Positions 23,383 through 37,779 of a stretch of 64,000 nt of DNA are shown here, piece by piece. Every line of letters starts with the position of its first letter. Position 1 is the stretch's first letter. Both the position numbers and the translations under genes were made by a program. The notes beneath the pieces are model-generated. The model had not been told where the DNA came from, searched no databases, and saw nothing but the letters and a program-made list of their open reading frames with translations. Origin of the DNA: Ptychomitrium polyphyllum (lineage: Eukaryota); contig OZ316776.1 of NCBI GenBank assembly GCA_973851085.1, positions 7,316,001-7,380,000 on the forward strand. Reading direction: 5' to 3'.

Positions 23383-25810
23383 TCATAGTGTGGTCATATC
23401 AATCTATCCTCATAGTATGGTCATAGATGTTTGTTCTCATAAAATGGTTATATTTGTCTGTTCTCATAGTCTGGTCATACATGTTTGTCCTCATATTGTG
23501 GTCATATCTATCTGTCTTCATAAAATGGTCATATATGTCTGTCTTCAAAAAAGTGGTCATATATGTATGTTTTCAAAAAGTGGTCATTAAAATGATCATA
23601 CATGTTTGTCCTCAGAAAGTAGTTATATATGTTTGTCCTCATACTGTAGTCATATTGGTCTGTCCTCATATTGTGGTCATATTGGTCCTCATAGTCTGGT
23701 CATATATGTTTGTCCTCATATTGTGGTCATACATGTTGGTCCTCATAGAGTAGTCATATCGGTCTCTTATTATAGTGTAGTCATATTGGTCTGTCGTCAT
23801 AGTGTGGTCATATTTGTCTGTTGTCATATCTGATCATATCTGTTTGTCCTCATAATGTGGTCATATCTATTTGTCCTCATAGTGTAGTCATATTTGTCTT
23901 TCCTCATAGTATAATTATATCTATCTGTCGTCGTAATATAGTAATATGTGTCTGTCCTCATAAAATGATCATATCTATTTACCTTCGTAAAATGGTCATA
24001 TATGTCAGTCCTCATAGAGTGGTCATATCTATTTATCCTCAAAGTGAAATCATATTGGTTTGTCCTCATAGTGTGGTCATATCAGTCTGTCCTCAAAGTT
24101 TAGTCATATCTATCTGCCATATTTGTCTGCCTTCATAATGTAGTCATATATGTTTGTCCTCAAAGTGTAGTCATCTATGTCTGTCTTCATGGTCACCTCT
24201 GTCTGTCCTTATAATATAGTCATATCTATCATAGTGTGGTCACATCTGTTTGTCATCATAAAGTGGTCATATCTGTCTGTCATCATAAAGTGGTCATATA
24301 TGTCTGTCCTCATAAAGTAGTCATATATGACTGTCCTCATAAAGTGGTTATATATATTTGTCCTCATGAAGTGGTCATATATGTCTGTCCTCATAAAGTA
24401 GTCATATATGACTGTCCTCATAAAGTGGTTATATATATTTGTCCTCATAAAATAGTCATATATATCTGTCCTCATAAAGTGTTCATATATGTTTGTCCTC
24501 ATGAAGTGGTCATATATATCTGTCCTCATAAAGTGGTTATATATGTTTGTCCTCATGAAGTGGTCATATATGTTTCTCCTCATAAAGTAGTCATAATTTT
24601 TTGTCTTCATAGTGTGGTCATATCCATCTGGCCTCGTTGTAAGGTCATACCTACCTATCCTCTGTCCTCATAGTTTAGTCATATCTATTTGTCCTCATAA
24701 TTTGGTCATACCTATTTCTCCTCTTAGTTTGATCATATCTATTTGTCCTCATAGTTTGGTCATATATGTTTGTCCTCATAGTGTAGTCATATTTCTCTGT
24801 TTTCATAATCTAATCATATCTGTTTTTCTTCTAGCCATATCTATTCGGTCTTTATTTGTCCTCTAGCCATGTACGTTTGTCCTCTAATCAGATCTATTTG
24901 CTTTCTAGCATATCTATTTGTCCTTTATTTGCCCTCTAGTCATATCTACTTGTCCTCTAGTCATATCTATTTGCCCTTTAGCCATATCTATTTGCCCTCT
25001 AGTTGTATCTATTTGCCTTCTAGTTGTATCTATTTGCCCTCTAGTCATATTTATTTTTCCTCCACTCATATCTATTTGCCCTCTAGTCATATCTATTTGT
25101 CCTTTGTTTGTCTTCTAGTCATATTTATTTGCCCTCTAGTCATATCTCTCTATCTCCATAATCTAATTATATTTGTTTGTCCTCTAGTCATATCTGTTTG
25201 TCCTCTAGTCGTATCTATTTGTCCTCTAGTCATATCTATTTGTCCTCTAGTCATATCTATTTGTCCTTTAGTCATATCTATTTGTTCTCTAGTTATATCT
25301 ATTTGTCCTTTAATTGTCTTCTAGTCATATTAATTTGCCCTCTAGTCACATTTTTTTGTCTCCATAATCTAATCATATTTATTTATCCTCTAGTCATATC
25401 TGTTTGTCCTCTAGTCGTATCTATTTGTCCTCTAGTCATATCTATTTGTCCTCTAGTCATATCTATTTGTCCTTTAGTCATATCTATTTGTTCTCTAGTT
25501 ATATCTATTTGTCCTTTAATTGTCTTCTAGTCATATTAATTTGCCCTCTAGTCACATTTTTTTGTCTCCATAATCTAATCATATTTATTTATCCTCTAGT
25601 CATATATGTTTGTCCTCTAGTCATATGTCTCTATCCTCATAATCTAATCATATCTATTTTTCTTCTAATTATATTTGTTTTCCCTCTAATTATATTTCTT
25701 TTTCTCCATAACCTAATCACATCTACTTGTTTTTATAGCCTGGTCATCTCTATTTCCCTATCTCCATAGTCTAGTCATTAATACCTATTTTCATAATTTG
25801 GTCATATTTA
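23383..25810. repeat. Minisatellite array: about 27-bp unit (consensus near CCTCATAGTGTGGTCATATCTGTTTGT) to about 24800, then about 21-bp unit (CCTCTAGTCATATCTATTTGT)
   Basis: Periodicity is visible directly and produces spurious CPHKVVIYV and CPLVISI ORFs. Higher-order duplications: about 81 bp near 24305-24450, and a 206-bp period (25321 vs 25527). Confidence 0.95.
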
Positions 25811-28800
25811 TTTGTCCATGTCAGATTTATAAATTTAATTATATATATATATATATATATAATTATAATAATAATTATTATTTACTTATTATTATTTATT
25901 TTTATTTATTACTTTCAACTTTTATATATAATTTTTTTACTATTTATTTCTATTTTTTATTTGCTTCACTTTATTTACTTTATAAATTTTGCAATTGTAC
26001 AAAAACTTGCATTAAATGCTTTCACATCAATCATGCAATAGCATCCATATTTATTTCATTTATCTCCATATTATTTCTTCTAATTGATAATGGAATAAGG
26101 TATAAAGTGTTGTGAGAAAACTTGAACATTTTAACCAATCATATTGCTAAATTTTTTTAATATGACAAAAAGAAATTCTATTAATCACAAGACAAGGTGT
26201 GAAATAGCCCTAAATATGGATGCACCAATATGTTAGGCACTTTGTAGCATATTAATGAATTAAGTACCAAGGCTTAGAAATAATGCTAATATACAATATA
26301 ATAGAGTCAAACTTTGAATGTACACATTATAATTGGTAAAACAAACCATAGTCACATGGCAAGTTGTCACTTTATAAATGTTTTAATGATTTTTGAAATG
26401 GAGATTGTCAAACAAACATTCTTCAAGTTCAATTTTTATCCTTTGAAAATTTATTCTTAAAAAGTAATTTTCCAAATTTTTATCAATTATATTTAAAAGA
26501 TTCAATTATTAGCAAGTTTGTTGCACATTAAAAATATTGTGTCTTGTATTTGGAAGTACATTATATATATAAAAATGATTCTATAATATTTTTTATAAAA
26601 TTATATCATTGCAAAATTATATAATCATCTATAAAAGTTTTTATAAAAACTAAATTTAAAAATTATTTATACAATACATATTCAAATCATTCAAATTTAT
26701 AAAATATGATATATATAGATATTTAAATGATGCGTCAAGAACTAAATAATATAATCTTAAAGACTCCAATAGTAGTAATATTGGTAAATGTGATATTAGT
26801 TGTTAAAAATTAAAGAATTAATCTAAATTTATTATAATATCAAAGAATGATATTTTGTTTAGAATTTTTTTATTGCATGTTTCAAATTGTGTGTATTTAT
26901 GATTTCTTCCAAAATATCTTTGCATTCATTTTTTTCTAAGTATAAATAAAAAATAACGTATATATTATTCAAAATATTTTGAAACCTTTATAGATTAATG
27001 TTAAGGAAAGAAATGAAGTCTTTGCTTTGATTGTGTGATAAAAAGGTACAAGAATCTTAATCAATGTGAGCACAACCTTCATCAACTTCATATTAATCCT
27101 ATTCCATACCAACTTTACCATAATCCTATTGTACATCAACTCTATACCAATCCTATTCTATACTATCTTTATATCAAAAGCCATGTCTACATTCACTCTA
27201 CAAAGGCATTGAAGTAATAAGTATAAAAAAAGTGGTAGATAAAAGTAGCAAAAGTACACAATAAATTCTTCAAATACTACAAAATATTATTAGTATACAA
27301 TCTAAAAAAAAAAAACAAAGATGCATGACATAAATATAACAATTTTATAATTGATGTAATAATGTCTTATGTTAGCTTTTTCAAAGTTTCAAAATAATAT
27401 TAACAATTCAATTTGATAAAATAAGATAACTTGGACCTTTGAAAAAAAATTATAATTACTATAATTTATGTGTTGATGCATGACGTAAAGATAAGTGCCA
27501 AGCTACATTATATGAATGTAGGATAATTCAATTTAGGAAGTTTTTTATTCACTTAGTATAAAATTCATGTTAATTGGTCTTGTTAGTGCTAATCAAGGTT
27601 AAAAGAAGGTATCAAATGAAGAAGCTCCTTTGGCTTAGCATTGTTTGCCAAGTCAAATTTTGTGAGTATAATTTGAAAAAAAAAATCCTTGATAGGATTT
27701 GCTTGGTGATGGTTGTGCAACCATTTAGTAACCCTTTGGCTTTGTCATCCACTTGCACGCTTGGATTCTTCCCTAATTGAGTGAAAGATAGTTTGATTTA
27801 TGTGTTGTGATTTCTTCTTTGTTCAATTAATAAATGATTTGAAACTTCTTGCAACCTTTGAGTTGTTAGGTTTTCTTTATTCTATTTTTCTTTCAAGTCT
27901 AGCTCTAGTGAGATAGTGAGTAGGATTTCTTATATGTCAAGATGAAGTTTTACTTTTACTTTTTCAAATATGGCCAGAGAGGACACAAGCTCGTACAGCG
28001 AGGCCAGTGCAGGCCTGCCTAGGTATAGTTCCGTGGGCGGCTCGGCCGCAGTCAGCGGCTGCTCGGCGGTAATCAGCGGCGCCCACAGTCGGCCTGGTAG
28101 TAGATTGCGGCCATGGCCATTCCAGCTTAAATAAACATTGGAAGCCGAGGGACCTAGTGCCCGGACAATAAAGTCCACTGGACTCTACCTATTTTTTATT
28201 TTGTTTTATTTTAGTTTTAGGCCCATTTTTCCTTTTCATTTCATCACATTTGGAAGTATTTGTTTCTGAGGGATTTGTTGAAGCAGAGTCAGATAGTTTG
28301 TGAGGTTCCAGTTTGATAGTAACACTTATTAAGAATAGGGCCCACTTTTAGTGCCATCTTATTTTATTGTTATAGCTTTTTTGTGATACATGGCCATCTA
28401 TTGGAGGCTGGCGCTGGTAGCTCTGATTCACTTTGAATTTTTCTATTTGTTGTTTGCAATTTAAAAAAATCTAATTATGGATTTTAAGATTTTTTATTTG
28501 ATACCTTCTTATTTTTTGAATAATGTTGCAATTAATTTATGGTGTTGTTTTATTTTGTGTGGTATCTAGTCCTTATTAGAAAAATATTGTAAGAATGAAG
28601 TCAATTAATGGTTGGCAAGATCTTTTTGTATTCACCAAGTAACCAATGCTTATTTGAATTGTAGTAAAATGATGATGATTGATGAATTCTAAGTTTGGTA
28701 GTGATGTTAAGTACAAGTGTAGGTTGTCCTTAAGCCTTTAAATATTGGCAATTATCTAAGTAGTTCATTTTATGGTACAAACAAGGACTAGATGTTATCA

Positions 28801-30679
28801 ATCATCCTTGCCACACTACTTAAAGAGTAACCACATTGAAGACTTTGATTGTATTTTGGCATTAGATTTCACCAATAAGCTTTATATTTCAAATGTAGAA
28901 AAATTTCATGAAATACAAGAGAATCTTTGCAATATGGTGATGGATTGTTTATAAGAACAAGATGTAAGGACAGCTTTGCTTAATTGGAAGCTAAGATTTT
29001 GAACTTGGATGAAAGAAAAGCACTATTGGTCTTCCAACTTTGATTATTAGTTTGCATTTGAATTATTGTTTAAGCATTTGAATTATAAGACACTCCAAAT
29101 TTGTATGAAATTAAGTAAGGTACACTTTTTTTAATTACTTAAGGTACAATGCTATTAGAAGTTCCATATAAAATTCATCTTTATCTTCATAGAAAACATT
29201 GTTTCCAATTTGACTTCTATTTAAATTTGGCCACATTAAAGATCATTCACAATTACAATGGCAAAGCAACAATGGTATAAATATTAGCCAAAGTTAAGAA
29301 ATACAGCAAGATTCATTGCTAACATTATATTATTGATATGGTTTCATAAATCATAGATAACATTAAAGCAATGAAGGCAATCACAACCACAATTAGCCAA
29401 GGAAATTTTCAATGTAAGAATACTTTGCGTTATTGAAGGTGTAATGAAGTATACTACATCAAAAATGATTTTAATCATTCCAAGAAAAGAGAAATTTAAC
29501 CAAAATTTTTTTTTTTAAAAAGGCAAAGACAATTAAATAGAATAAAAAGGCAAAATGAAATGATTGAAGTGTATTTATTATGGTAGCTTTAATCATATTG
29601 AAGACTGTTATTTCATTTTATGTTTCAACATATAGCCTATTTTAAGTGAAAGAATAAGCATTATAGGTCTAAATCACAAATTTTGAGAAGAAATCTTCAA
29701 CAACAACATCATAAGAATAAATTATTGAGTCTAGTTTGACATTAATTGTTGAAGCAAATACTTTTGCTCCAAATATTTATATATATAGCTTATTATGAGA
29801 AGTAGTAGTAGCTATTGCCAAACATGTCCAAACAACAACCAAGATGGTAGCACCCGCCATGTATAAGTTACATAAAAGCTTGTATAGCTGCTACAATGGT
29901 TGAGCAAATTACAGTGGCTAAGCTTGATTTTGGTTATCATATGGCCTTATAAATTGCTAGTTTTGTACTCAGTAATATACTCTAAATCAACACATGCAAG
30001 GCTTGTTTTTAAAGACTTTGCAAACACTTTGGCTTAAAAGATGTTGCAAAAGGCTATTTTCTTTGGTGTTCAATTGAATAAACATGCATCCTTGATGTCT
30101 TGTACTCCATACAATTTGTTGTATAAATAGGAGTCTATTTTGCCTAACTCAATGCATGAAAGTTGGCTTCAATTGTGAACTTAATGGTATTTTGATATTT
30201 AAGGATAAAAATAGGTGACAATGATAAGAACATTTTAAAAATTGTAGTCAATGGCATCTTCCTATCAATGATTGTGTACATTTTGATTAGATAAATGTAC
30301 CAATTAATTTTTTAATTTCGATTTTGGTGAAATGAAAGGAATAGTTGTTATGTCATTGTGTAATTACTTCCAATATGTTGGCACATAATATGTTGGACAT
30401 CATTTTTTACTCTACCAATTGAAAATTGAATCTATCCTTGATATAAAAGATCTTATAGCCATGTCACATTTGTCATAAAACGCTAAGGATTTTGTAGGAA
30501 TTTGCCAATATATGGTGGCTATTCCACCATTTTTTTGATGATAGCTAATTCTACTTTCAAAATTTGGACTTTGTGTGAAGATTGGCAGTAGAATTTTCTA
30601 CCAACAATTGTTGAAGGAAATTACAATTGGAAATGACATTGCATCCAATCTACAATTCTTCTAATTATTCCTTCCTTAG

Positions 30680-31115
30680 TATTAGGAACATAAGGAACAA
30701 AGAATTAAATTAAAAAGTAGTTTTAAGAATTTGCTTCTAAATGCTATTAGGTAATAAGAACTCATGCAAGAATTAAAAACAAAGCATTATAATGCATGTG
30801 CTCTACAACTAGTATTAAGAGGTTTAGACTGTACTTTATCTTGCCTCCAATTTATACCATGAAGCCTATGCTTCCAAAGATTTTATGATAGAAGCTTCTT
30901 ATAAAACCATAAAATGATTTGAAAGTCTATGGAACCTTCTTAAGAAGTTTCTTAAGGAAGCAAAAGTTATTGGAAGTTATTAAAAGGTGTTGGAAGCTTC
31001 CAAGAATATACTAAATGCAACTATAAGATTTTTGGAGGTTATTAGAAGTTATTGAAAGGCTTTGGAAGGTTCTAGAAAGTTCTCTAAGATTAAATTGTGA
31101 TGTATATTTGTGACA
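30680..31115 (-). mobile_element. Solo LTR of a Gypsy-type retrotransposon with 5-bp target-site duplication CTTAG
   Basis: The minus strand starts TGTCACAAATATACATC. CTTAG flanks both sides (30675-30679 and 31116-31120). Blocks AAGTCTATGGAACCTTCTTAA and TTTATCTTGCCTCCAATTTATA match the reverse complement of the LTR at 51916-52278. Confidence 0.78.
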
Positions 31116-34100
31116 CTTAGCCTTCTTGGCTTGTTTATTTACTAGGACATCACTATGGCATTTATCTTCAATTACAAGCAAAGGTGCTACTAATTATTTG
31201 GCACAATTCTATAATTAATTAAAGAAGGCATTTGAAGGTGTATTTGTTATGCATTTTTGTTTGATTTTCTATAATGTAATTTGATAATGGTTATGGAATC
31301 TAATATATTGTGTATAGCAATCTTTATTTTTACAACATATTGATGTAATTATATTTTTTTTAAACTTTGCAATTGTTACAAACAAATGTTTGTGTCTAGA
31401 TTAAAAAAACCAAGCTTATATATGTAGTTTAATAATAACATTACTAGAAATGATCTAGCAATGTTTGTAATCACTTTTGCAAGTACCACAAATCAATGTT
31501 CTTACATTATGTTATTTAAATAGTAAGAAGCATATATTACAAAAAAGTTAATTTTTGTTGTTACAAAAAAATTAATTTGTGTTGTAACAAAAAATATGCT
31601 AAAAAATTTAATCCTTCACATGTTCAAATATAGAATCTACATATTTTTGTAATCACCAAAAAATGTTTCATTTGTTTCAAGAATAGAAAATTGTTATAAT
31701 CAAATAAAAATTTATCATGAAAGATTTTTTCATTTTATGTCTTGAAGAAGCTTTTGGAATAAAAACTAAACCTTTTCCATTGTCTTTATGAGACAATTTT
31801 CGAAGAATAGGTAAAAATTTACTTTAAATAAGAAAGTCTTCTTACTAAAAATATGTATATTTTCAAAAACTTAAAGCATATAAGCTTGCACAATTCAAAA
31901 ATGATAGTCTAATAAGTTAGTGATGGAAAATGAATTCCATACTAAACATGCATCAATGAGGTCTATAAAATGCCAAAAGATGTTCTATATTTGATTTTTA
32001 AAAATATGGTGATATGATATCAGAAGCTCAAGATTGTATAATTGTGCAATTTGCTTCAAAAAATTGATCACTTTCTAAGGATCTGCAAGCTCTTTCTTAA
32101 ATTGCTAATGTGTCAAAGTAAGTATTTTTTAATAATTTCTACCATCTAATTTGTTCAACTTGCAATGATGTTCTAAATAAGCATGAACAAGCGGAGTACA
32201 TGTAGCAAAATTATGGTCAGTGATGGATTTGCTACCTTCTATTGCTTTTTTCATTCACTGGCTATTTGTAATTTACTACCCACTTGCTTACACAAGGTCT
32301 ATGCTCCCCTCTTAATTCACATTGTGTATTATTTGTTCATGTTGAGTGTACATTTCCTGCCATTCTTTTACTAAAAAAAATGACAAGATCTACTATTAAC
32401 AACCTTTTAAAGAGATCCTATACTACAAACATATCATATATTACAGTACCAAAAGAGCTATGAGGAAATGCTAAGAACTGGGAATCTTGTGTAGTCAATT
32501 CAAATCCTCACCTCTCACAATATAGTGTCTGCCTTGATGCAGCTGATAATGTTAAGGAGAATGTAAGGAGACTGTTAATAAATTTCAAAGGAATTTGAAG
32601 AAGACCTCAAAGACTGCATAGAGTGTATATAAATAAGTCCACAGAATTACTATCTTCAAACTTTACACTTTTGTATAGTGGGATAATTTTGTTGTGTTTT
32701 AAAATGGTCATTTTGCAAAAACAATGTCATCCTTATTGTTAATGAATGATGATTGATGTATGATAGTTGTCATAGTAGACTTGAAGCTGTTTTTGTTTGT
32801 AGTTTTTTTAATTGTTATACTTATTTATTGATGAATGAATTTTTCTCCCAACAACTTTCTCTGCTAAAAATATAAATTCGAATATATCTTATCTCCAAAC
32901 AAAACTGAGTGAAATACAAAACTCAATTCCACAGTTGAAGATCATTCTTTCAAGATCAAGTTACTCACGACGACCCCAAATCTGTAAACGTAGTCATCAG
33001 GGTGATTTCATTTCTGTCTTTTTGTTTTCATTTCATCAATTTGGTGTAGTATGTGAAACGTGGGGTCGGGTCTAACATGGAAACCAGTCCTTGGACTGTC
33101 AAGCTTCATCTGCATGGAGCAGGTTGCTGAAACTCCAGTCCAGGTTCGGACCCCGCAGCACCTGTAACCTGTATTTTTATCGTAGTGATCGTCAGATGTT
33201 GACATTTTGCCTCGTCCCAGAGGGCTAGACACCTTTGTCTCCACCCTGTCGGTGTGTGCTTCACAATTCAGAACTTTTCCTTCACCACTTCTATGTGTTT
33301 CCAGGTTTACAGACCATTCAGAATCTGCAGTGCATGCGGTAGTAGTCTGTATTGTTAAACTTGCTTTAATTTATTGAGGTTACTGTATGTGCGTTGTCGA
33401 TCTCTGATACTCATCTAACACCACGTTGCAGCTGGGCTGTGCAGGTCTTGACGGTGATGGGTGAGTATCAAATGCTAGGCGAACAGGGTGAAGAAGGTGA
33501 AGCTAACCGTAGCCAGGAGTTGCAAACTGTGGAAGCAGGCCTCGCCACAGTAATGTCATCTCTGTTATCATAGCCTCTGTCAAGTCATCATGCTTTGGTT
33601 TCTGCAAAACTCTGCACTACATTTGAAATGTGAATAAGTTGGTGAGAATTATGCAAACGCCCACTATATTGTATGCTCAAACAGTACTATAGTAGTGTTG
33701 TCTAGCGACCTTACAGCTAAATTGCAGAGTCTCTGAACTACAGATAGGCCGTAGCTTCTTAATTTCTTAGTCAATCAAAAACAATAAAACTCTGGAGACA
33801 GGTACTTCGCCGTAGCTCAGGATGGAGGTCTCAATAAAAAGCCAAAGTACTGCTTTACACCAACAGTCCAAAAGCATTATGAAAGGTTCAGTGAAGCGTC
33901 AGGACAAGACATAACACGGTAGAAGAGCCTTGTTAACGCTGATAAGGAGACACAAGATGGTAACAAGGATGGGCTCGAAAATGGAAACCAATGTGCAATT
34001 TGCTATGGAAGTTTCCAGATCTGAGGACTCTACAAATTTCTAGGCTATGCCGACGTGTCAAATTTTGCGCGGACATGCATTTCATGAAAAATGTGTTAGT

Positions 34101-35462
34101 GAGTAGCAGCTATTTGGGAACACAAGGTATCCAACTTGTAGGGACCCTTTGTGATGTACAGTACATGATCAGCCTAGATAATCGACTTTGCAACTGCAAA
34201 GATTTTGAATGTCAATCCAATGGCCTGGCTTTGTTACAGTCACTCTCTTATGCTTGAACTTCAGATTCTTCCAACTTGTCACGGTCAGAGAACAGATGCA
34301 CCTATTCAAGGTTATGTTCGTACGTTTTGTCCCACTACGTAAGGACTGGTGCTCGAGATAAAGTAATGTTATGCAAGCCTAACCCTGAGTGTTTTGAAGG
34401 GACCTCTGTGCTCGAAACCGGAATTGGGTACTGGATTACCGTTTCAGCTGTCTTATTGTGCTGTGTGAGATTCACTGTCGTTTTCAAACGAACAAGTACT
34501 GTTGACTTGCTCTTGAACATAGATTGCTAACTGTACCACATGAGAATTTTCTGCGAAGGAGTGCTCGTTGTTCATATTCACATCTTCGTAGCATGTTGAT
34601 CGCTGGTAATGCTTTTCTTTCCTAATAGGTAATTACACAAACCTGCCCTAAGGCCGTTTAAAGTGCTGTACTCGTCTGGTATCGTGTGCAGATTCCAGAA
34701 ATGCAAGGTCAAGGTCTTCATAACATGAACCAGTATCTATACATTACAGTGGTTCCATCTACTATGCCAAGTATTCCAGATTTTCAGGCGTCAAGTCAGA
34801 TAAATTCCAAATGATGGATATAATTCCACCACGTCTTCTTGTCTGAACTCGGTAACACGCGCCTTCACTACGGAGATTTTCATTTGGAATTATTGATCCA
34901 AAAGTGGATCTTGCACAGTCACCGTTGAAATTAGTCATTGTCGTCTTCGAATGACCAACACACCAATTTACACAAATGAATCAAAGATGCTTCACATACG
35001 TCAGAGGACCTGAAGCCCAGATCATTGACAACCAGAGGACAGTGTTTATGAAATCATGCTCATCTGAACATTGTTTATTCCTGAGCTGAAAGAACCAGAT
35101 CAATGAGCATATTCACTCAGGAACAGGCGCTAAAAGGTACTGCCCCGAAATCGGTTTCTTTAAGATATCAAAGACAGCACACAAGAGAAAGTGTCTCCGC
35201 ATCTTCAGAAACAGATATTGCGTGGTTGATGATGTCTAATCTACGGAATAGGCCACCACACGGTTCCAGCTATTCACAATTGATCTCCAACTCCAGAAGG
35301 TTATACTCCTATGCAACACATTCTGAAAACATCTCCCTAATAATATCAATGGGCCTCTTTAACAAAAAGAAGTAATGCGTTACTTCATCAAAGAAGCCAC
35401 AATGTGCAGTGGAGTGAGTGATGAATCTCAAGCAGCGCTCTAGAATACTCGTCTGACTTAAA

Positions 35463-36513
35463 TTAAGGTGACGTAGGATGTGCAGCTGACGAAGTCGACA
35501 ACCGTGTCCGACGTGCTCCCTCAGCTCTATCCATATAGTCAGCATGTGAATCATGCTTATTACCTATGCCACAGACACAAAGACAATCAGAAATAAGCCT
35601 TACCTTACGAATATATTCCTACTATTTTTCAAAAAGATCAGTCATCAATAAATCCACCTCTAAGAAGATCAAAGTAAAAAGACCTCCTTACCATTGAAGA
35701 AAAAGCAACGATCCGTGAGAATGCTAGAACTAAGTGTGTGAAAGATATTTTCATCACAGTAAATTGCTTCTCAACAGGATTTAGGGTTTCAGTGAAAATT
35801 CTAAAATTACTATACAAGCAGCCAGAACAGTAGTAACCCTGGTACGGAGATTCACGACATCGAAGTGAGCCATTTCAAGCACTTCCATATTGAAAGCATT
35901 TCTACCACTACCCCGCGTCAGACCTTTCCAGGAAAATCACCAATAACTGCACTTCACAGAGCCTATTCAGACGACTAGGAGCAGAATCCTCGGTCCATGA
36001 GAAGCCGCAGCCAGTCAGTACACGGGAAAAAGATGAGCAACGCTAATCTCGGTTCCTGAAAATTATCCGAGTCCAGTAACAAACCGCCTCCTAAGCTCAA
36101 GAAGACTTCTCATATACCATTTCGTATGAGAATTCAAAAACAAAAGTCAGACGAAACAATCCAGACGATCAGCACGTTTCAAAGCCTGCAAATGTACACT
36201 CACTGAACATCTAATCAAAATGGACTGCCTCACAAATCCAGGGGAAGAAAAACAAACAGAGCAACCCCATACCTGAGGTAAGCATCAACCACGGGATGGT
36301 GGCCAGCACGCTGACGCCCAGCATTCCTACAAACACATGACGCTTGCTGCCACTCCACAACATCAACTGCATCCGCGAAGGCGGATTCTTCCAGCCCGCG
36401 GCCCGCTCCGCAGGCGACGCCGCTTCCGGAACGAACGGCGCTTCCGCTTGAGCTGCCGCTCGACTCGCTCCAGCTGCCGCAGGCTTCTTCTGAGAACCCT
36501 GCACCTCCGACAT
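35463..36513 (-). CDS. Small (113 aa) single-transmembrane plant protein of unknown function; exons 36513-36273 and 35563-35463
   Basis: MSEVQGSQKK...HVFVGMLGVSVLATIPWLMLTS-G-NKHDSHADYMDRAEGARRTRLSTSSAAHPTSP*, joined by a phase-1 GT-AG intron. The TM segment followed by 'KHxSHxDYMD' resembles a conserved small plant protein family (from memory). Confidence 0.8.
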
Positions 36514-37779
36514 CGTCCTCACAAGTCAACCCCCAAAGCTCCAAAGCAAATCCTCCTGCTCGCAAAATTCCTCCGCTCTTCTCAAGCCTGAAACCCTAAT
36601 TGCGAGACACTGAGAGCACGTCCCACTGATCCAATTGCCACACGTCGAATATTCGAAGCAACACGGAGGCTGGCGCCTAAAACCATTGCTGTGTCTATGC
36701 CCTGCATCATCTACGGAAAATGTACACTACACTCAGTGAAGTCAAGGAGTGACGTAGTCTGTGTCGGTTTCAGATGCCGTCACCAACCGTCACTGCGAAC
36801 GTTCAATAGTATCTTTTCATTTCGTTTACTTTATGAGGTGAAATGTGTTTCTAACTTAGATGTTCTCGGGTTTAGGTACAGCGACGGGTTTGCGGAAGTT
36901 GGATTTTTAGAACTGGGCCTCGTGTTGCCATACCAATTGGAATGACAAAATTTACTAATTGGCTGTTATAATGTTTGATTTCACAACCTCATCCAAGAAC
37001 TTGAAATAGCATAATGGAACAGTGAAGGGGATTCCCTTTTTTCCACCCTGGAGAAAATGCTACATTTATTACATGAGTTTTCAAAGCTTCATGCCATTGT
37101 CCAGTATGCTTTGATGCCATTCCAATTGTTGACACTATTGGTAGTCCAAGCTCCTATTTAAAGAGTGCTAAAACCTTTTGGACCAAGACCCTCATTGTTG
37201 GTCCAAGAGGTTTTAGCAAACTTGAAAAATTATGCTTATACGGAGGGCATCCGTTACCTGATTCATGAATGTTGCCCAAGTTTGCAATGAAACCAAGATA
37301 CAACTGGTGGCATTACTGGAATTACTGGTGGAAGCACTCGTGAACAATAGGAAGTATGTTGAATTAGCCTATATAGGAAGTGCATGCACCATCTTTGCAA
37401 TTGGACTTGAAATATTACCATTAAGATCAGCTAAAGAAACATGTACAGCTCACCATACGGATGTTCCAAGTGCCTACAGTGTATCTAAATAAACAACTTG
37501 TTACTAGCTACAATATTGCTGTCTAATAGACCATGGTAGGAATTAGCACAAATCTTCAATGATTTCATAACTCCATGGGAATGGATAAACTATATACAAA
37601 CCTTTATGCCTCATAAGTCACAAGCACGCATAAATCCATATGGAAACAAAAATCAAACCATATTCTCAAACAGTGTTATCGATATTATTCCAGGGAAGAA
37701 ATAATACCTTAACATGCTTACCAAACTAGGAGTTAGGATATGGAAGCTTCTCAAAGTGAAGACGAGGCTCCTCAACGAG

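Noticed and set aside
23383..25810. CRISPR-like array, or Cys/His-rich repeat proteins from the many ORFs
   Set aside because: Units are head-to-tail with no unique spacers, there are no cas genes and the context is eukaryotic. The ORFs are artefacts of 27- and 21-bp periodicity.
28500..30670. Internal domain of a retrotransposon belonging to the 30680-31115 LTR
   Set aside because: There is no PBS next to the LTR, and matching TSDs on both sides indicate a solo LTR. The flanking AT-rich DNA is probably older TE debris that I could not classify.
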